DNA of 64,000 nt from Callorhinchus milii (lineage: Eukaryota), in NCBI RefSeq assembly GCF_018977255.1, contig NW_024704742.1, positions 122,142,001-122,206,000 on the forward strand, read 5' to 3'. The notes beneath the pieces were generated by a model, which did not search any database, had not been told where the DNA came from, and saw only the letters and a program-made list of their open reading frames with translations. This document shows, in pieces, positions 24,411 to 37,354 of this stretch. Within the stretch, counting starts at the first letter, position 1, and the number at the start of each line of letters is the position of its first letter. The position numbers and the translations under genes were made by a program.

Positions 24411-25110
24411 TTGAATGGAATGACTCCATGCCTCCAATGAGTAGTCTGACTTTCCAGGTCCGGCCAATGAACCAGGTGGTGTCATCAACAGTGCTCTGAA
24501 GTAGTGCGGACCCGCCTGGCTCAGGAACTGGACTACCAAGATCGCCAGAGGATGGGCTGGATTCTGACATTCCATTGCCAAACATTATCACCTTGGAGTC
24601 AGTTCAGCTTGAAGGAGACTCTGCTTACCCTCCTCCAATAGGATGGAGGGGGATCCCCTTTGCATCTTCCACAGCTCTCACCCTAACTGAGATGGTGGGT
24701 GGATAAAAACAACAGCTTGTTGTTATCCACCCATGACAGGTCTCTGTATTATTCCAGGAGCTAAGCTAAGCTCTGAACAATGTGGCCTGAAAATGTTATT
24801 CAAAACATGCCTAGGTACTGGGCCAAATGTGTGCTAGAGCACACATTTATAATTTTTGTAGCATAGTTTTGGTGATGCATTTGGACTAGAGGTACAGGTA
24901 TGTTGCATCGATGTTTCAAACTCAGGAACAATGTAAGGAAGACTGACAAATTTGATAGTGAAGAATCTTGAGCAACAGTATTTCATAGAAACAATATAAA
25001 TATCTGTTACTCATAATAAAAAATAAAACGCCTCACTTAACTTTGTGAGTTTTAAAACTCAAGTCCTTAAAAAGGGGGAAATTTGTTCTGCAACCAAATG
25101 CAACTTAGAC

Positions 25111-25526
25111 AGCTCAGTAGTTAGAGCACTCGCCTCGCAAGCGAGAGACCTGGGTTTGATTCCCGGCAGGGCGAAACGTTAGGCAAGTTTCCTTACTCCA
25201 CATGTCTCTGTTTACCTAGCAGTAAGTAGGACCCCGGTTGTTAGTCGATTGGCGGATCGCTTTTCCTCGGGTAATAATTCCTTAAAAAAATAATAAATTG
25301 GTCACTCAATCCTAATAATATATACATTTTTTAAAATGATATATTCTATTAATAAAAAAGCAAGACACAAGTATGACTATTTGTGGGACACTGCTGTGCG
25401 GAATTGGCTGCCGGGTTTTGCCCACAAACATATAGTCAATTGACTTTACAGTATATTCTGTGAAGAGCTTTGAGACATCTCGAAAACGTGATAAGGCGCT
25501 ACATCAAATGGAAGGATTATTATTAT
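25111..25526 (+). mobile_element. Young tRNA-Ala SINE, long form, with a ~60-bp AT-rich internal insertion
   Basis: Canonical element interrupted after cactcaatcc (~25312) and resuming at atgactatttgtggg (~25373). Confidence 0.88.
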
Positions 25527-25676
25527 TCTATGCCCTTAAAATAGGATTTTTCATTGAAGTGGATTCATTTAGTGGTAGAGAAATTTCTCTGCCAGTTCTC
25601 TATAGTAATTGAAGCAAAGTTACCTCAACAAAAAGTGGTTTTGTTCCCCAAAATGAAAAGAAGTTTTCTCAAATTT

Positions 25677-26590
25677 CATAGAATCATAGAATCGTACAGC
25701 ACAAAAGGAGGCCATTCGGCCCATCGAGTTTGTGCCGGCTCTTTGATTAGAGCAATTAATGTCAGTCCCACTCCCCAGCCCTTTCCCCATAACCCTGCAA
25801 ACCCATCTTCCTCAAATACCCGTCCACCGCGTTTTTAAAAGTTGTTATTGAATCGGCCTCGACCACTCTTTCAGGCAATGCTTCCCAGATTCGAACAATT
25901 CGCTACGTGAAAAAAAATTCTCATTTCCCCTCTGCTTCTTTTAGATACTATTTTGAATCTGTGACCTCGAGTCACCGACGCACCCACCAGTGGAAACAGT
26001 TTTTCCCTTTCTAATCTATCAAATCCCTCATGATTTTGAAGACCTCTATTAGGTCTCCTCGTAACCTTCTCTGTTCCAATGAGAATAATCCTAACCTCTC
26101 TCGCCTTTCCTCATAATCAGGGTCCCTCATTCCTGGTACCATCCTCGTAAACCCAGAACTGGGCGCAGTATTCCAACTGAGGCCTAACCAGTGTTTTATA
26201 TGGGTTAATCATAACCTCCTGACTCTTGTACTCTATGCCACTATTTATAAAGCCTAGTATCCCATATGCCCTTTTTACAGCTTTATCTACCTGTCCTGCC
26301 ACCTTCAAGGATTCATTTACCTGCACCCCCAGGTCTCTCTGTTCTTTTACCCCTCCTTAAGATTGTATTACCAGCCTATATTGCCTCCCCTCATTCTTTC
26401 TCCCAAAATGCAGTACCTCACCTTTCTCCACATTGAAACTCATCTGCCATGTGTCTGCCCATTTTACCATTCTGTCTATGTCTTCCTGCAGTTGGCTACT
26501 ATCCTTCTCACTGTTTACTACCCTACTTAACTTTGTGTCGTCCGCAAACTTGGAAATGGTGCTTACTATACCCAAGTCCAGATCATTTAT
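25677..26590 (-). mobile_element. CR1 LINE RT-to-3'-end fragment
   Basis: Minus-strand ORFs give YINDLDLG...SKFADDTKL...LQEDIDR and LVRPQLEYCAQFW. A (catagaat) tail lies at 25677. Confidence 0.92.
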
Positions 26591-26630
26591 GTAGTCCAGA
26601 TCATTTATCAATTTACATGGATTATCTGTG

Positions 26631-27429
26631 ACTGTGTAATCTATCATCTTGTAGGTAAATTACACTGTTCAAAGATGTGATGCAGTTTAAAGCAAATGAA
26701 AGAAACTTTCAATATTTATTATTTCCCATAATCTTTCTGTAACATTTTTATGTCATTGTGATACCATCCATATAGACAAGATTTTGCACACTTTAGTGAA
26801 CTGTATGCCTGGAACATGTCACAGTTCTAACCAAGGAAAGCAACACATCTAAGCTGTGGGTCCATGTTGCAGCACTCTATAACTGATGGTTTTATGATAT
26901 TTAAGAGTGTCACATTCAAAGGAAATGTTTCAGCTGAGTGGCATATCCGAATAATAACGTCCATTATGCCAGTACTGGTATTAAGGGATATGAGTCAAGG
27001 GGGTTAATTGGACCTGAGGTACAGATCAGCCATGATCTTATAAAATGGCAGAACAGGCTCGAGGGGCTGAATGGCCTACTCCTGTTTCTATGCTTCTACT
27101 GTATTTTATAAATAATTAGTCAAGGCAAACACTAGTACTTTAAACCATAACGCTTTGAATAATGGCAACGTAATGATAATTTAAGTGAGTCAATTGTAGA
27201 AACCAATTTCCCTTGACATCTAGCAATGCAATTTGAATGTGTTGTTATAACAGTTGTGTGTTTTAAGAAACGTATTTCATGAGCAAAGAGCGCCATTGCG
27301 GATTTTAATTTGTAGTATTTAACATCATTCCACCGATAAAAATAAATGTTGAAAGTTTCTTTCATTTTTTAAAAACTGCATCACTGAGTGAACGGTGTCA
27401 ATTCCCTACAAGGTGATAGAGTACACAGT
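26631..27429. mobile_element. Old non-autonomous DNA-transposon-like element with ~90-bp imperfect TIRs, carrying a CR1 3' end (~26975-27095)
   Basis: 26631-26720 (actgtgtaatctatcatcttgtagg...gtgatgcagttt...aatgaaagaaactttcaa) is the reverse complement of ~27340-27429. Confidence 0.7.
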
Positions 27430-29234
27430 GGCACTTGGGAATAAAGTGAATTGAAGAAAACATCTTTTGATTTTGTGGAACAAAGTCAGGAATTCTATGC
27501 CAGAAACAGAATGTACTGTAGTGGTGCATTACAACAACAACAACAACTTGCATTTATATAGCGCCCTCCATGCCTGGTGGTGTATCAGAGCGCTTGGCAA
27601 TGGCGGAACACAAGCTCTTTGAGACATTTTGAAGATGTAATTAAGCGCTCTTATCAATTGCTAGAATTATTTATGATTTATTTATTCACTTAGTCCTGTG
27701 ACACGAAGGAGCCCCCATTTAGGGCACTCCGATTCATTACTAAAGAACACATGCAATTTACATTTACAAAACATCTTTCATGTTGGGAGGTACTGGGTAT
27801 GTACCTGGGCTAGGAGTGGGAGCTATAGAGGGTGAGAGGGGAAAGATAACCAAAAGCACAGTCAAAGAGAGTGAATCTCACTACGAAATAGTGCAAATTT
27901 GACTCCTTAAAGTTACCAACTCAGTCACCAGGGAAAGGCTAATGCAGAACCATTAACAACCTATTTCTTTATTTGCCTTCACACACAGCTTTCATAAAGA
28001 TCAACATTCACGGAATTTATAACAATTTAACAAGCTGGGCAAAGAAGAAACTTGGTACAGTAAAACTCCCATATGTCTGATCTGTATAAATTGGATTTAT
28101 TTATTTACTTATTCCAGTGATAGGAAGGAGACCCCAGCTGCTTAAGTCCCGTTCAAGCATTTATAATCTATATAAGTTTGACATAACTCATACTTTGCAT
28201 AAGTCATGTTAAATGTATGACGTATACATAACCCAACTGATATGACTTATGTGAGGTTTAGAAATTCAACAGCCATGATCAATTGGAAACATTCTGCGGT
28301 ATTCTGCTCAAAAACATTAAATGTAGTCGCACTTACAATTGGATTTCTCACTAAAACCACACATTGAAGCATTTGCTACAGTGATGGGTGCAGAATAACC
28401 CCTCCTGACTGGGATCAGTGACTAATGGAGTTTTGAATAGCACTTTGTACCTGAGTGTAGCTGATAAAATCTACTTGTTCAGTGAAGGTTGCTACCTTTT
28501 GATTGTTATAAAGTGTTAGTGCAGCCAGCACGGCACTAATAGAGTTTGTGTAGAGCCGGTCAGTGGAGCTTGCTGCTATTAACCGCGTCTGCATATTGCA
28601 GCTAAAAGCCATTCAAAGAAGCTGCTAACAAAACCATGGGAGCTGCAGCAGAGTGAGGGGCACCTGATTTAGCAGCCAAATCACAAGGCAATTCCCATAT
28701 CTTTGAAATGCAATACCAGAATTTTGCTTTAAACAGAAGTAAATTATTTAGTGAACTCAATGTGAGCCCACTCACACAGATGTTGGCTTACACCCATTCT
28801 GTTAGCTGCAAACACACTACCTGCATTATCATAACCGCTGAGCCACGAGAAATTAATAGCTTCAATTCATACAGGACTGGTTATGCAACGGTATTTGTTT
28901 CATTAATTGCATGTTGTAATGTGGTAAAATTGTGCATTGTAAGAGAACACCTGCACAGACTTAATTTACGAGCTGGTGCTGAGTGTGACTGTCACTGGGG
29001 TTTTCCCTCCTTCCTTTGTGAGGCAGTACCCATGAAAGCATTGCCAGAGATCAGTAATGGTAAAACATCAAAAGTTCAGTATGTGTTTGCAAGTGGATGC
29101 TAAAGATGCTACAACTCTGTTCAAAAAGAAAAGGAAATTGTGAGACGTCACAATGAACAAGACGCATAGTTATTTTCCATTTGTGAGAAAATGTCCAAAC
29201 ATGGCGCTAGGCAGTTACCAATTTTATTTAAAAA

Positions 29235-29540
29235 TAATAATAATCATTGCATTTGATATAGCCCCTCATCATGTCATCGAGATGTCTTGAAGCGCTTCAC
29301 GAGATATACTGTAAAGTGGATTGACCGTATATCTTGTGGGTGAAACACGGCTGCCAGTTGAGCACAGCAGTGTCCCACAAACAGCCATGGAGTGAGTGAT
29401 CAATTTCATTTGGGGGATTTGTTGGCCGGAACACAGAGTGAAACTCCCATCTCTTTTTGAATAGTACCATTGGGTCTCTAACGTACACCTGAATAGGCAG
29501 ATAGGAACTGGTTTAATTTCTCATCCGAAGGACGACACCT
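29235..29540 (-). mobile_element. DeuSINE core and 3' part
   Basis: Reverse-complement tail, then gtcccacaaacagccatgg and gttggccggaacac...ctctttttgaatagtaccattggg. Confidence 0.8.
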
Positions 29541-29611
29541 CTTGTAAATTGCAAATAAACATATACTTACCAACTTAATGTGAAGGGTGAGCCTGTTTCT
29601 CTGGAGACAGT

Positions 29612-29795
29612 TAATAATAATAATGATCCTTGCATTTGAAATAGCGCCTTATCACGTCTTTGAGATATCTCAAAGCGCTTCACAGAATATATATAAGTGA
29701 ATTGACTGTATACAACGAAACACGGCAGCCAATTGTGCACAGTAGTATCCCACAAACCATTGTGGATTGAAGTGACCAATTTATTATTTTTTTTT
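29612..29795 (-). mobile_element. Young SINE 3' half
   Basis: taatgatccttgcatttg...ctcaaagcgcttcacag...ggattgaagtgaccaattt. Confidence 0.82.
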
Positions 29796-29839
29796 TGATC
29801 AACTGAACAGTGAACTGAACACCTAATCACCAGGGACAT

Positions 29840-30245
29840 GAAACAGGTCAGCGCCCGTTGAGCGAAGGGAGCAGCCAGCTTGGTATGGGTATGAGGAGGT
29901 CATAGAGGTAGGGTGAGGCAAGAGTGTTGAGTGATTTAAAAATGAAGTTGAGGATCTTGAACGCAACGCACAGGGTGATGGGGAGCCAGTGGAGTCAGTT
30001 GAGGATGGGGAATGTTTGGCTCGTGGAGCCTAGTGCAGGAAAGAACATGGACTGCAGAGTTCTGGATAGTCTGCAGCTTGTGTAGGGAATAGTGGGATAG
30101 TCTGGCAAGCAGAGCATTGACTTAGGCATGCTTCAACCTCCTGAGGTGGGAAAGCTGAATAGGTAAGGGCATAGATGTGGGGTTTAAAGCACAGTTGGGA
30201 GTGGAACAAGACACAGAGGTTCTGCATTGGTTCTTTGAGGTGGAG
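29840..30245 (-). mobile_element. L2 ORF2 fragment
   Basis: The reverse complement contains cactggctccccatc and ttcaagatcctc (HWLPI...FKIL) plus NLCVLF.SQL.FKPHI. Confidence 0.75.
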
Positions 30246-31389
30246 TGTGCATCCATGTAGATTGATGCTGTTAGTGCCAGATGAAGAATTACTGCTTCAT
30301 CTTAAATGACTGTTTAATGGTAAACACGTCTTTGCAATATTCCTTATGCCTGGGATCAATTGCAGTGTAGAAGAGATTTTTTCTTTAAATCAATTAATAT
30401 TGCAGCTCCTGGCAGCAGCCCAATCGAAGGATCATAAAGATTGAAAGCTAGTTAGAAGCCATCCACAGTTTACAAATCAGTCAGACTAAATTTGTATTGA
30501 TCACTTTATGACTCTTTTGTTTTTATGGCTTGATGCTTATAAGTAACCACCAAGCTGCAAGATCAATATTATATAATAATCCTTATATTTGATGTAGCAT
30601 ATATATTGTCGAAACATGCAAAGGTAATTGTTGTCAAGTGGATTGATCAAGTGATATTTGTAGGCAAACCTGTGCAACAACAACAATAACTTTCATTATT
30701 ATAGTGCCCTTCACGTACGATAAAGTTTCGGAGCACTTTACAGAGATGGGTTAGACACCGAGCACGAAGGAGGTGGCCATAGGCACGTTCGAAGAGGTAG
30801 CATTTTAAGCAAACTTTGCCTTCTCACCCAACTAGAAAGCTTCATTTGGCACTCCAGTCTGTCACTGGTGAAGTGTTCTATCGTCAAAGGTTTGTCCTTT
30901 AATTGTGAGATGGCTGTTAAAGATTCCATGGCATTGTTGAAAAAGAGATAGGAATTTTCCTTTAGGATCCTGGCCTCCAGATTAAATTGATTATTCCCCT
31001 CATGGCTGTTTGTGGAACCTGGACGTGCAATTTGTGACCATGGTTTGTTTGATGCACTTCAAATAGTTTTTCGGAGTGAGTGTGCTTTCCACTGTAGATA
31101 TGGGGATTTCCATGTGTAGGTAACAAGCTTGGAACTCCTGGTCTGGTTTAGATACTCTTAAGCATTGTGATGGTTTTCTGTATGAGTCAGACACCTGGCT
31201 GACCAAAACAAATCACAGAAGAGGTTCGGATGTCAAAACCTCTTTGATCTCATCTTTCCAGAATACCTGCACTATCTCCTCTCATTACAGCATCAAGCTG
31301 TTTCTTAAATAGTCCAGGGTTCTGGCCTCTACCAATCCTGCTTGTATCCCATTACAGCTCTATCTTACCCTCCAGCTAAAGAAATACTT

Positions 31390-31700
31390 CAGTAGGCTCT
31401 GGCCTGCTTCGGGTCCCCTGCCCGGCCCGCTCCACCATCAGCGATCGGGCCTTCAGCTTCTCTGCCCCCATCCTTTGGAATTCCATCCCATAGTCCCTTC
31501 GTTTTGCTCCCTACCTTGGCTCCTTCAAAGCATATCTCAAGATCCTCCTCTTTGACCTTTGGCCACCCTTCTACCCCTACCCTCCCTGCCATCCACCCCC
31601 GATCCCAACCCCCTTGTTTGGGTCCAAATGCCTGACTGTCCAGCGCTTTGGGATGTCCTGCCAATGTGAAAGTTCTTTACAAATGTTGCAGTTGTTGTTT
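31390..31700 (+). mobile_element. L2 3' end
   Basis: gatcgggccttcagc...ctttggaattccatccc...ccagcgctttgggatgtcc...gttgttg. Confidence 0.85.
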
Positions 31701-31841
31701 GCCCCAAAGTTGTCCTTCACATTCCTAAATGTATGATTTTATGCCCTGCTGCCTTGGTGTATCTGAAAGTGTCTTCAAGTGGGAAGGATTAGCTCAGTTT
31801 CTAAAATCTAGATGAAAAACAATCTGTCTTTACTGAATCGT

Positions 31842-32161
31842 GGAGTCCTGTAGCTCAGTGGTTAGAGCACTCGCTTTGCAAGTAAGAGACTTGAGTTCAA
31901 TTCCAGGCAGGGCGAAACCTTGGGCAAGTTTCCTTACTCCACACGCCTAATAATAATCCCTCCAAAACCACAAAAAAAATAATAAATTGTTCATTTTCAA
32001 TCTACGACTGTTTGTGGGACATTGCTGCGCGCAATTGGCTGCCGCGTTCGCCCACAAATATACAGTCAATTCACTTTACAGTCTGTTCTGTGAAGCGCTT
32101 TGGGATGTCCTCCCGACCTGAAAAGCGTTATATCAAATGCAAGGATTATTATTATTATTAT
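31842..32161 (+). mobile_element. Young tRNA-Ala SINE, short subfamily
   Basis: Full element with A/B boxes and a (tta)n tail. Confidence 0.95.
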
Positions 32162-32752
32162 CTTTTGTTCAGCTTCTTGTACTCTAGCAGATTATCTCTG
32201 GTCTTGCTTATTCTCTGATTTCTGACAGTACTCTATATTGTTCCAACCTGATTCGGATGTTGCACTATCAAATCTTGACCTACAAATTATTTTTCGCAGC
32301 TGATTAGAAATGTTTACTATCTTGCTGAATGTTCTCACGTCTTTAAAGTTATTGTCAATGAGCACATCCTGTTGGTTCTGGACAGAATTCTTTCCATCTT
32401 TCTTTCTAAAACATTTTATACTACTCCAAAGTTTCTCTTTATGAATCTTGTGTTTTTTATCCGTACTGACTTCTTAGTGATATTTGCCTTCACTTTCTCG
32501 TTTACTTTCGCTTTAAACTTTGTACCTAGCAGGAAGACTGACACAATCCTGCCAATTAGTATCCAGTGGAAGCTCCAGAACTGTCTACCTTTAGGAATGA
32601 CATTTATGATTACCAACTGCGACAAAGTTTCCAAATCAATTTGAACATATGAGCTGGGTTTATCTTTTTTTTTAAATAGCGAGGTTCATCAAAATAGCAC
32701 ACACTTTATAAACACAAATTAGTCATTAGCATTACAAATGGCACAATAGTGG

Positions 32753-33275
32753 GTCAGCCTGGTTCAGTTGCTGATATACTTGCCTCTGAGATGGAAGGTT
32801 TTGGATTCAAGCTTCACGTAGGGACTAGGAACTCATTACGTTAAGATATAGTTGTGCTGAACTGTGGGAGTTACTGACCTTCAAATGAAGCGTTAACCAA
32901 GCACCCGTCTGCCTGTTCAGGTGGACAGTAAAGATCCTGTGGCATTATTTGAAAAGAAAAGGAGTTTATCCTAGTGTTCTGGGCAGCAATCCTCCAAATA
33001 AAATTGGTCACTTACTTCATGGCTGATTGTGGAACATTGCTATGTCCAAACCGGCGACTTTGTCCACCCACAAAACATAGTCACTGCACTTTACATGATA
33101 TCCAGTAAAGTGCTTTGAGACTCTTCCTGACATGTAAGACATTATAATACTTGCATTTCATAGAGCGATTTATCATGTCTTCGAGACGTCTCAAAGTGCT
33201 TCACATAATATGCTGTAAAGTGAATTGACTGTATATTTTGTGGGCCTTATAACAAACATAAGGATTATTTATTAT
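32753..33275 (+). mobile_element. Old DeuSINE with an inverted young-SINE 3' fragment (~33148-33245) near its tail
   Basis: gtcagcctggttcagttg head and gtggacagtaaagatcctgtggcatt core. A reverse SINE tail is inserted before the final aaggattattt. Confidence 0.7.
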
Positions 33276-34089
33276 ACTTAATAGTCTGATTCTCACTCCC
33301 AGTGCATCTTATTAAATATAATTTCTGTTGTTTTTCTTCCACTGTGGGGCTGCATTGTCAGATTCCAGTCTAAAATGTGTGAGAGGTTTTACTTTACTGT
33401 TCTTTATGTTTCAAGAATGGCATTCCATGCTTTGACAAATGCACAAGCCGTTTAATGCAAAAATATGACTTGCGGGTTCATGCAGAACAGCAATCTGAAT
33501 GAGCTTGAAATTCCATCTGGCTTTAGTCACTGAGACTATTTTGTTTTAAATGTTTAAGATTGTGCAGGATTGTGAAACTTCTTAAATTTAGCCTTAATTT
33601 GAAAGCTGTTTTTGAATAGGTCTTAAAAAGCACTAGCCTCCAAATTTAAACTGATTTTAAGAATTTTCAGCAATTGGCTATTTGGAATTAAGAGTTTCAT
33701 GTCCCTTGATGTCAACTGAAATTATCAGTCTTTTCTGTTTTTTTGTTCCAGACAACATATAATTTTGTAGGGATCCATCTGGCAAGATGTAGATGAAATA
33801 GATCATTTCAAACAATTTTCAGCAATAAATTTGTATTTGTTTTAAGCCGTTGAGAAGTTTATTGCTTTGTCAATATAAAACGCTTGGTGTAATTCACATC
33901 ACAAAACATTACAACATCAATTCTGGGGGTGATCATCGAAATGAAATTGACACATGATTTGTCCCTCTCTCAACTGGTAGCAATATGTACTTAAACAGTA
34001 ATTGTAGGATCAGAGCTTAAATGCCTGTGTAGAGAGCTAGAAGACTGGCCTTTTTATTTCAGCGAGATGGAATTTAGAGTAATTTGTAC

Positions 34090-34430
34090 GTGTCTTACCT
34101 AGACCGTACCCACATCTCACCAGATCTGGCCAGGATCCACTGGTTCCCCATCACCGAACGGATCGACTTCAAGATCCTCACACATGTGTTCAAATCCCTT
34201 CACTCTCTGGCATCTCCCTACCTCTCCGACCTCCTCACTCCCCAATCCACGATCCAGCATCTCCGCTCGACTGGCATTGGCCTCCTGCTCGTCCTTCCCA
34301 CCTTCCACTCCACCATTGGAGGTCGTGGTTTCAGCCTCTACGCCCCGAAACTCTGGAACACTCTCCCTCAATCCCTCCACCTTGCAGGTCCCGCCTGAAG
34401 ACCTTTCTCTTCGACCGTGCTTACAGCCAC
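34090..34430 (+). mobile_element. L2 ORF2 C-terminal fragment
   Basis: HISP.LARIHWFPITERIDFKILTHVFKSLH.LA.PYLSDLL...GGRGFS.YAPKLWNTLP. Confidence 0.9.
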
Positions 34431-34463
34431 CTGTTGTCTTTAATACAACTTACAGGATATTCA

Positions 34464-34797
34464 TTTCATGCAACAGTAACAAATCAGATTTATTTTTAAT
34501 GGATAAAAATTACACCTTATAATTTAAAAATCCCCAAATAATAAGAAGCAAAAGAAAATAAACTATCTTGAAGATGGAAGTTTCACTGTTGAAATTAGAT
34601 TGCTTTCTTTTAATAACAGGTACTTGAGAAAATTGGGTGTGTAAGGATTATTAAAAGAAAACAATCTAATTTCAACAGTGAAAATTCCATCTTCCAGACA
34701 GTTTATTTTCTTTTGTTTCTTATTATTTGGGGATTTTTGAATTATAAGGTGTAATTTTTATCCATTAAAAATAAATCTGATTTGATGTTGCATGAAA
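34464..34797. repeat. Long near-perfect foldback palindrome (~150-bp arms, 31-nt loop)
   Basis: 34464-34616 is the reverse complement of 34648-34797, with only scattered mismatches. Confidence 0.92.
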
Positions 34798-35169
34798 AGA
34801 CATGTCATGTCTCCCCTCGCCTACTTTTTTTTAGTGGGATAGCTTGATGGGCTAAATAGCCTCTACCTGTTCTTATGCTTTAATTATTAAAGTCTATATC
34901 AGTGCCAAGGCCCAGGTTACTCCCTTGAGTTATTGTTTGATGTTTACTGAAAGATTAGATTTCTGACATAAATCTTATGAGATTACTGAAAATTAATCTG
35001 CCCTGGATCACTGGTAAATAACACTGTTCTACATATTCTAAGAAGATTAAAGGCATACAACAAGAGTAACCACAGAGGGCTTAAGCTCACTTAACCTTTG
35101 AAGTGCTTAAAGTAGAATTTTCTTATTGTAACCACATAGACTTCCTAGCTTTATGAAACAATGTGTGTC

Positions 35170-35537
35170 AGTCTATAGCACTTGTCTCACAAGCGTGAGG
35201 ACCTGGGTTTGATTCCTGGGCAGGGCGAAATGTTAGGCAAGTTTACTTACTCCACAAGCCTCTGTTTATCAAGCAGTAAGTAGGAACCCAGATGTTCGTT
35301 GATTGGCAGATCACTTGTCCGTGGTAATCCTTCAAAAAAAAATAATTAAATAATAATTTGGTCACTCAATCCACGACTGTTTGTGGGACATTGCCGTGAG
35401 CAGTTGGCTGCTGCGTTTCGCCCACAAAATATACAGTCAATTCACTTGATAGTATATTCTGTGAAGCGCTTTGAGACATTTCGAAGATGGGATTAGGCGC
35501 TATATCAAATGCAAGGATTATTATTATTACTATTATT
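35170..35537 (+). mobile_element. Young tRNA-Ala SINE, long form, slightly 5'-truncated
   Basis: B box gggtttgattcc, central segment and tail. Confidence 0.88.
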
Positions 35538-35899
35538 TTAGTCCAGAGCAAACTGATCTGTTAACAGCATTACAGAGACAATGTACAACAAGAGGTGGAT
35601 CTTTAACCTTTGTAAGTTTCCTTCAAATAACATAGGCTAAGTGTATAATTATAAAACATCCATAACACAAACACTACTGGCTGATCTCATCCCCTTAAAC
35701 TGTACAGGGGATTGAAAACCGAATGGTTACAGTTACATAATATCCAGACCATTTCTATGGTTCACAGAGTTTATATTTCTCTAATTAAATCATTGGAATG
35801 TCTCTACTGTGAGCTCAAAGCAAGCAACAAATTAATATTTGGTTTGTTTTCAATATCAAAGCAAATAAAGTGAATTGAACTGGAACCTTGGAATAAACA

Positions 35900-36281
35900 A
35901 TAATAAATAATAACCCTTAATCATGTCAGCAGAATATCTCAAAGCCTGTAGAGTCAATGACTGTATTTTGGGGCAAATGTGGCAGCCAATTTGCACACAG
36001 CAATGTCTCACAACAACCATGAAGGAAATTATCTGTTTTATTTGGGCATTGTTGACCAGAGAAATACTTTTTGAATAGGATCTTTTTAACGTCCATCTAA
36101 ACAGGCAGACAAACTCTCAGTTTAACATTTCCAAAGGACAACACCTCCAACAATGCAACACTGCCCCAGGGTTCTGTTGGTGTGTCAGCCTGGACTATGA
36201 GTTCAAAGTTGCAACGTGGGGCTTGAAGCCACAACCTTCTGACTAAGAGGCGCGCACACTACCAACTGAGCCAAGCTGACT
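35900..36281 (-). mobile_element. Old DeuSINE, near full length
   Basis: Head gtcagcttggctcagttggtag in reverse at ~36281, followed by the core and 3' part. Confidence 0.78.
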
Positions 36282-36328
36282 GGTTCCTAAATCACCTCTT
36301 TGTGTACTGTAAATGAATAATTTACAGT

Positions 36329-36648
36329 AGTCCTGTAGCTCAGTGGTTAGAGCACTCGCTTTGTAAGTGAGAGACCTGGGTTCAATTCCAGTCAGGGCGA
36401 AACCTTGGGCAAGTTTCCTTACTCCACACAGAGCCTAATAATAATCCCTCCAAAAAACAACAATAATAAATTGGTCATTTTCAATCTACGACTGTTTGTG
36501 GGACATTGCTGTGCGCAATTGGCTGCCGCGTTCGCCCACAAATATACAGTCAATTCACTTTACAATGTGTTCTGTGAAGCGCTTTGGGACGTCCTCCCGA
36601 CGTGAAAAGCGCTATATCAAATGCAAGGATTATTATTATTATTATTAT
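36329..36648 (+). mobile_element. Young tRNA-Ala SINE, short subfamily
   Basis: Full element. Confidence 0.93.
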
Positions 36649-36832
36649 AATAATAATAATCTTTGCATTTTATATATTGCCTTATCATGTCTTCAAGATG
36701 TCTCATATTGCTTCACAGAATATACTGTAAAAGTGAACTCACTGTATATTTTGTGGGCGAAACACGGCAGCCAATTGCGCACAGTAGGGTCCCACAAGCA
36801 GTTGTGGATTGAGTGACCAAATTATTATTATT
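36649..36832 (-). mobile_element. Young SINE 3' half, tail-to-tail with the preceding copy
   Basis: (taa)n, then ctttgcatttt...gcttcacagaatatactgta...ggattgagtgaccaa. Confidence 0.85.
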
Positions 36833-37104
36833 ATTCTCTGATTCCATAAATTGAATATTATTATTCTCTTGATTCCATATTTGCCCTAAGTAAACAGCAT
36901 TTAAGGGAACATGAAATGGGGGTTTATAACCTGATTGTACAGCATTTGACCAAGTCAGGACGAATCGGTGAGTCCTAACTTAACCCTGAACCAAGCTCAC
37001 CATCGATAGAAGCTTTTTACATTGGGGGCTCAGAAACATACTTCTGCACCTCCCCTGCCAACGCTTTCGTTCCTCCCCTCCTCACCAGCTCTGCCATCAA
37101 TGGT

Positions 37105-37250
37105 AACATAGGAACAGGAGTAGGCCATTCAGGGCTTCAAGCCTGATCTGTACTTCAACTCCATTTATCTGGCTTTTCTCCATATCATTTGATAGTCTTA
37201 CCTAACCAATATCTATCGACCTCAGTCTTGCAAATTGCAATTGATCTTGA
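37105..37250 (-). mobile_element. CR1 3' end
   Basis: aacataggaacaggagtaggccattcag, same family as the copy at 1666. Confidence 0.65.
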
Positions 37251-37354
37251 AAGTTCAAATTGAATCGCATTGAAAAATCTCAAAGTGCTTAATTCAAGGC
37301 ATTATTTTAATTGAGTGATTAACCGCTTTGGGGCACAGACGCATAAGTAAATAA

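Noticed and set aside
32012..32218. Recurrent ORF 'MWDIAVRNWLPRSPTNIQSIHFT...YYYY' (also 36496, 50437, 61351)
   Set aside because: These are translations of the SINE 3' half, and the poly-Y comes from the (TTA)n tail.
34600..34626. ctttcttttaataacag|gtactt as another recursive site
   Set aside because: The tract is the arm of the foldback palindrome and the donor is weak.
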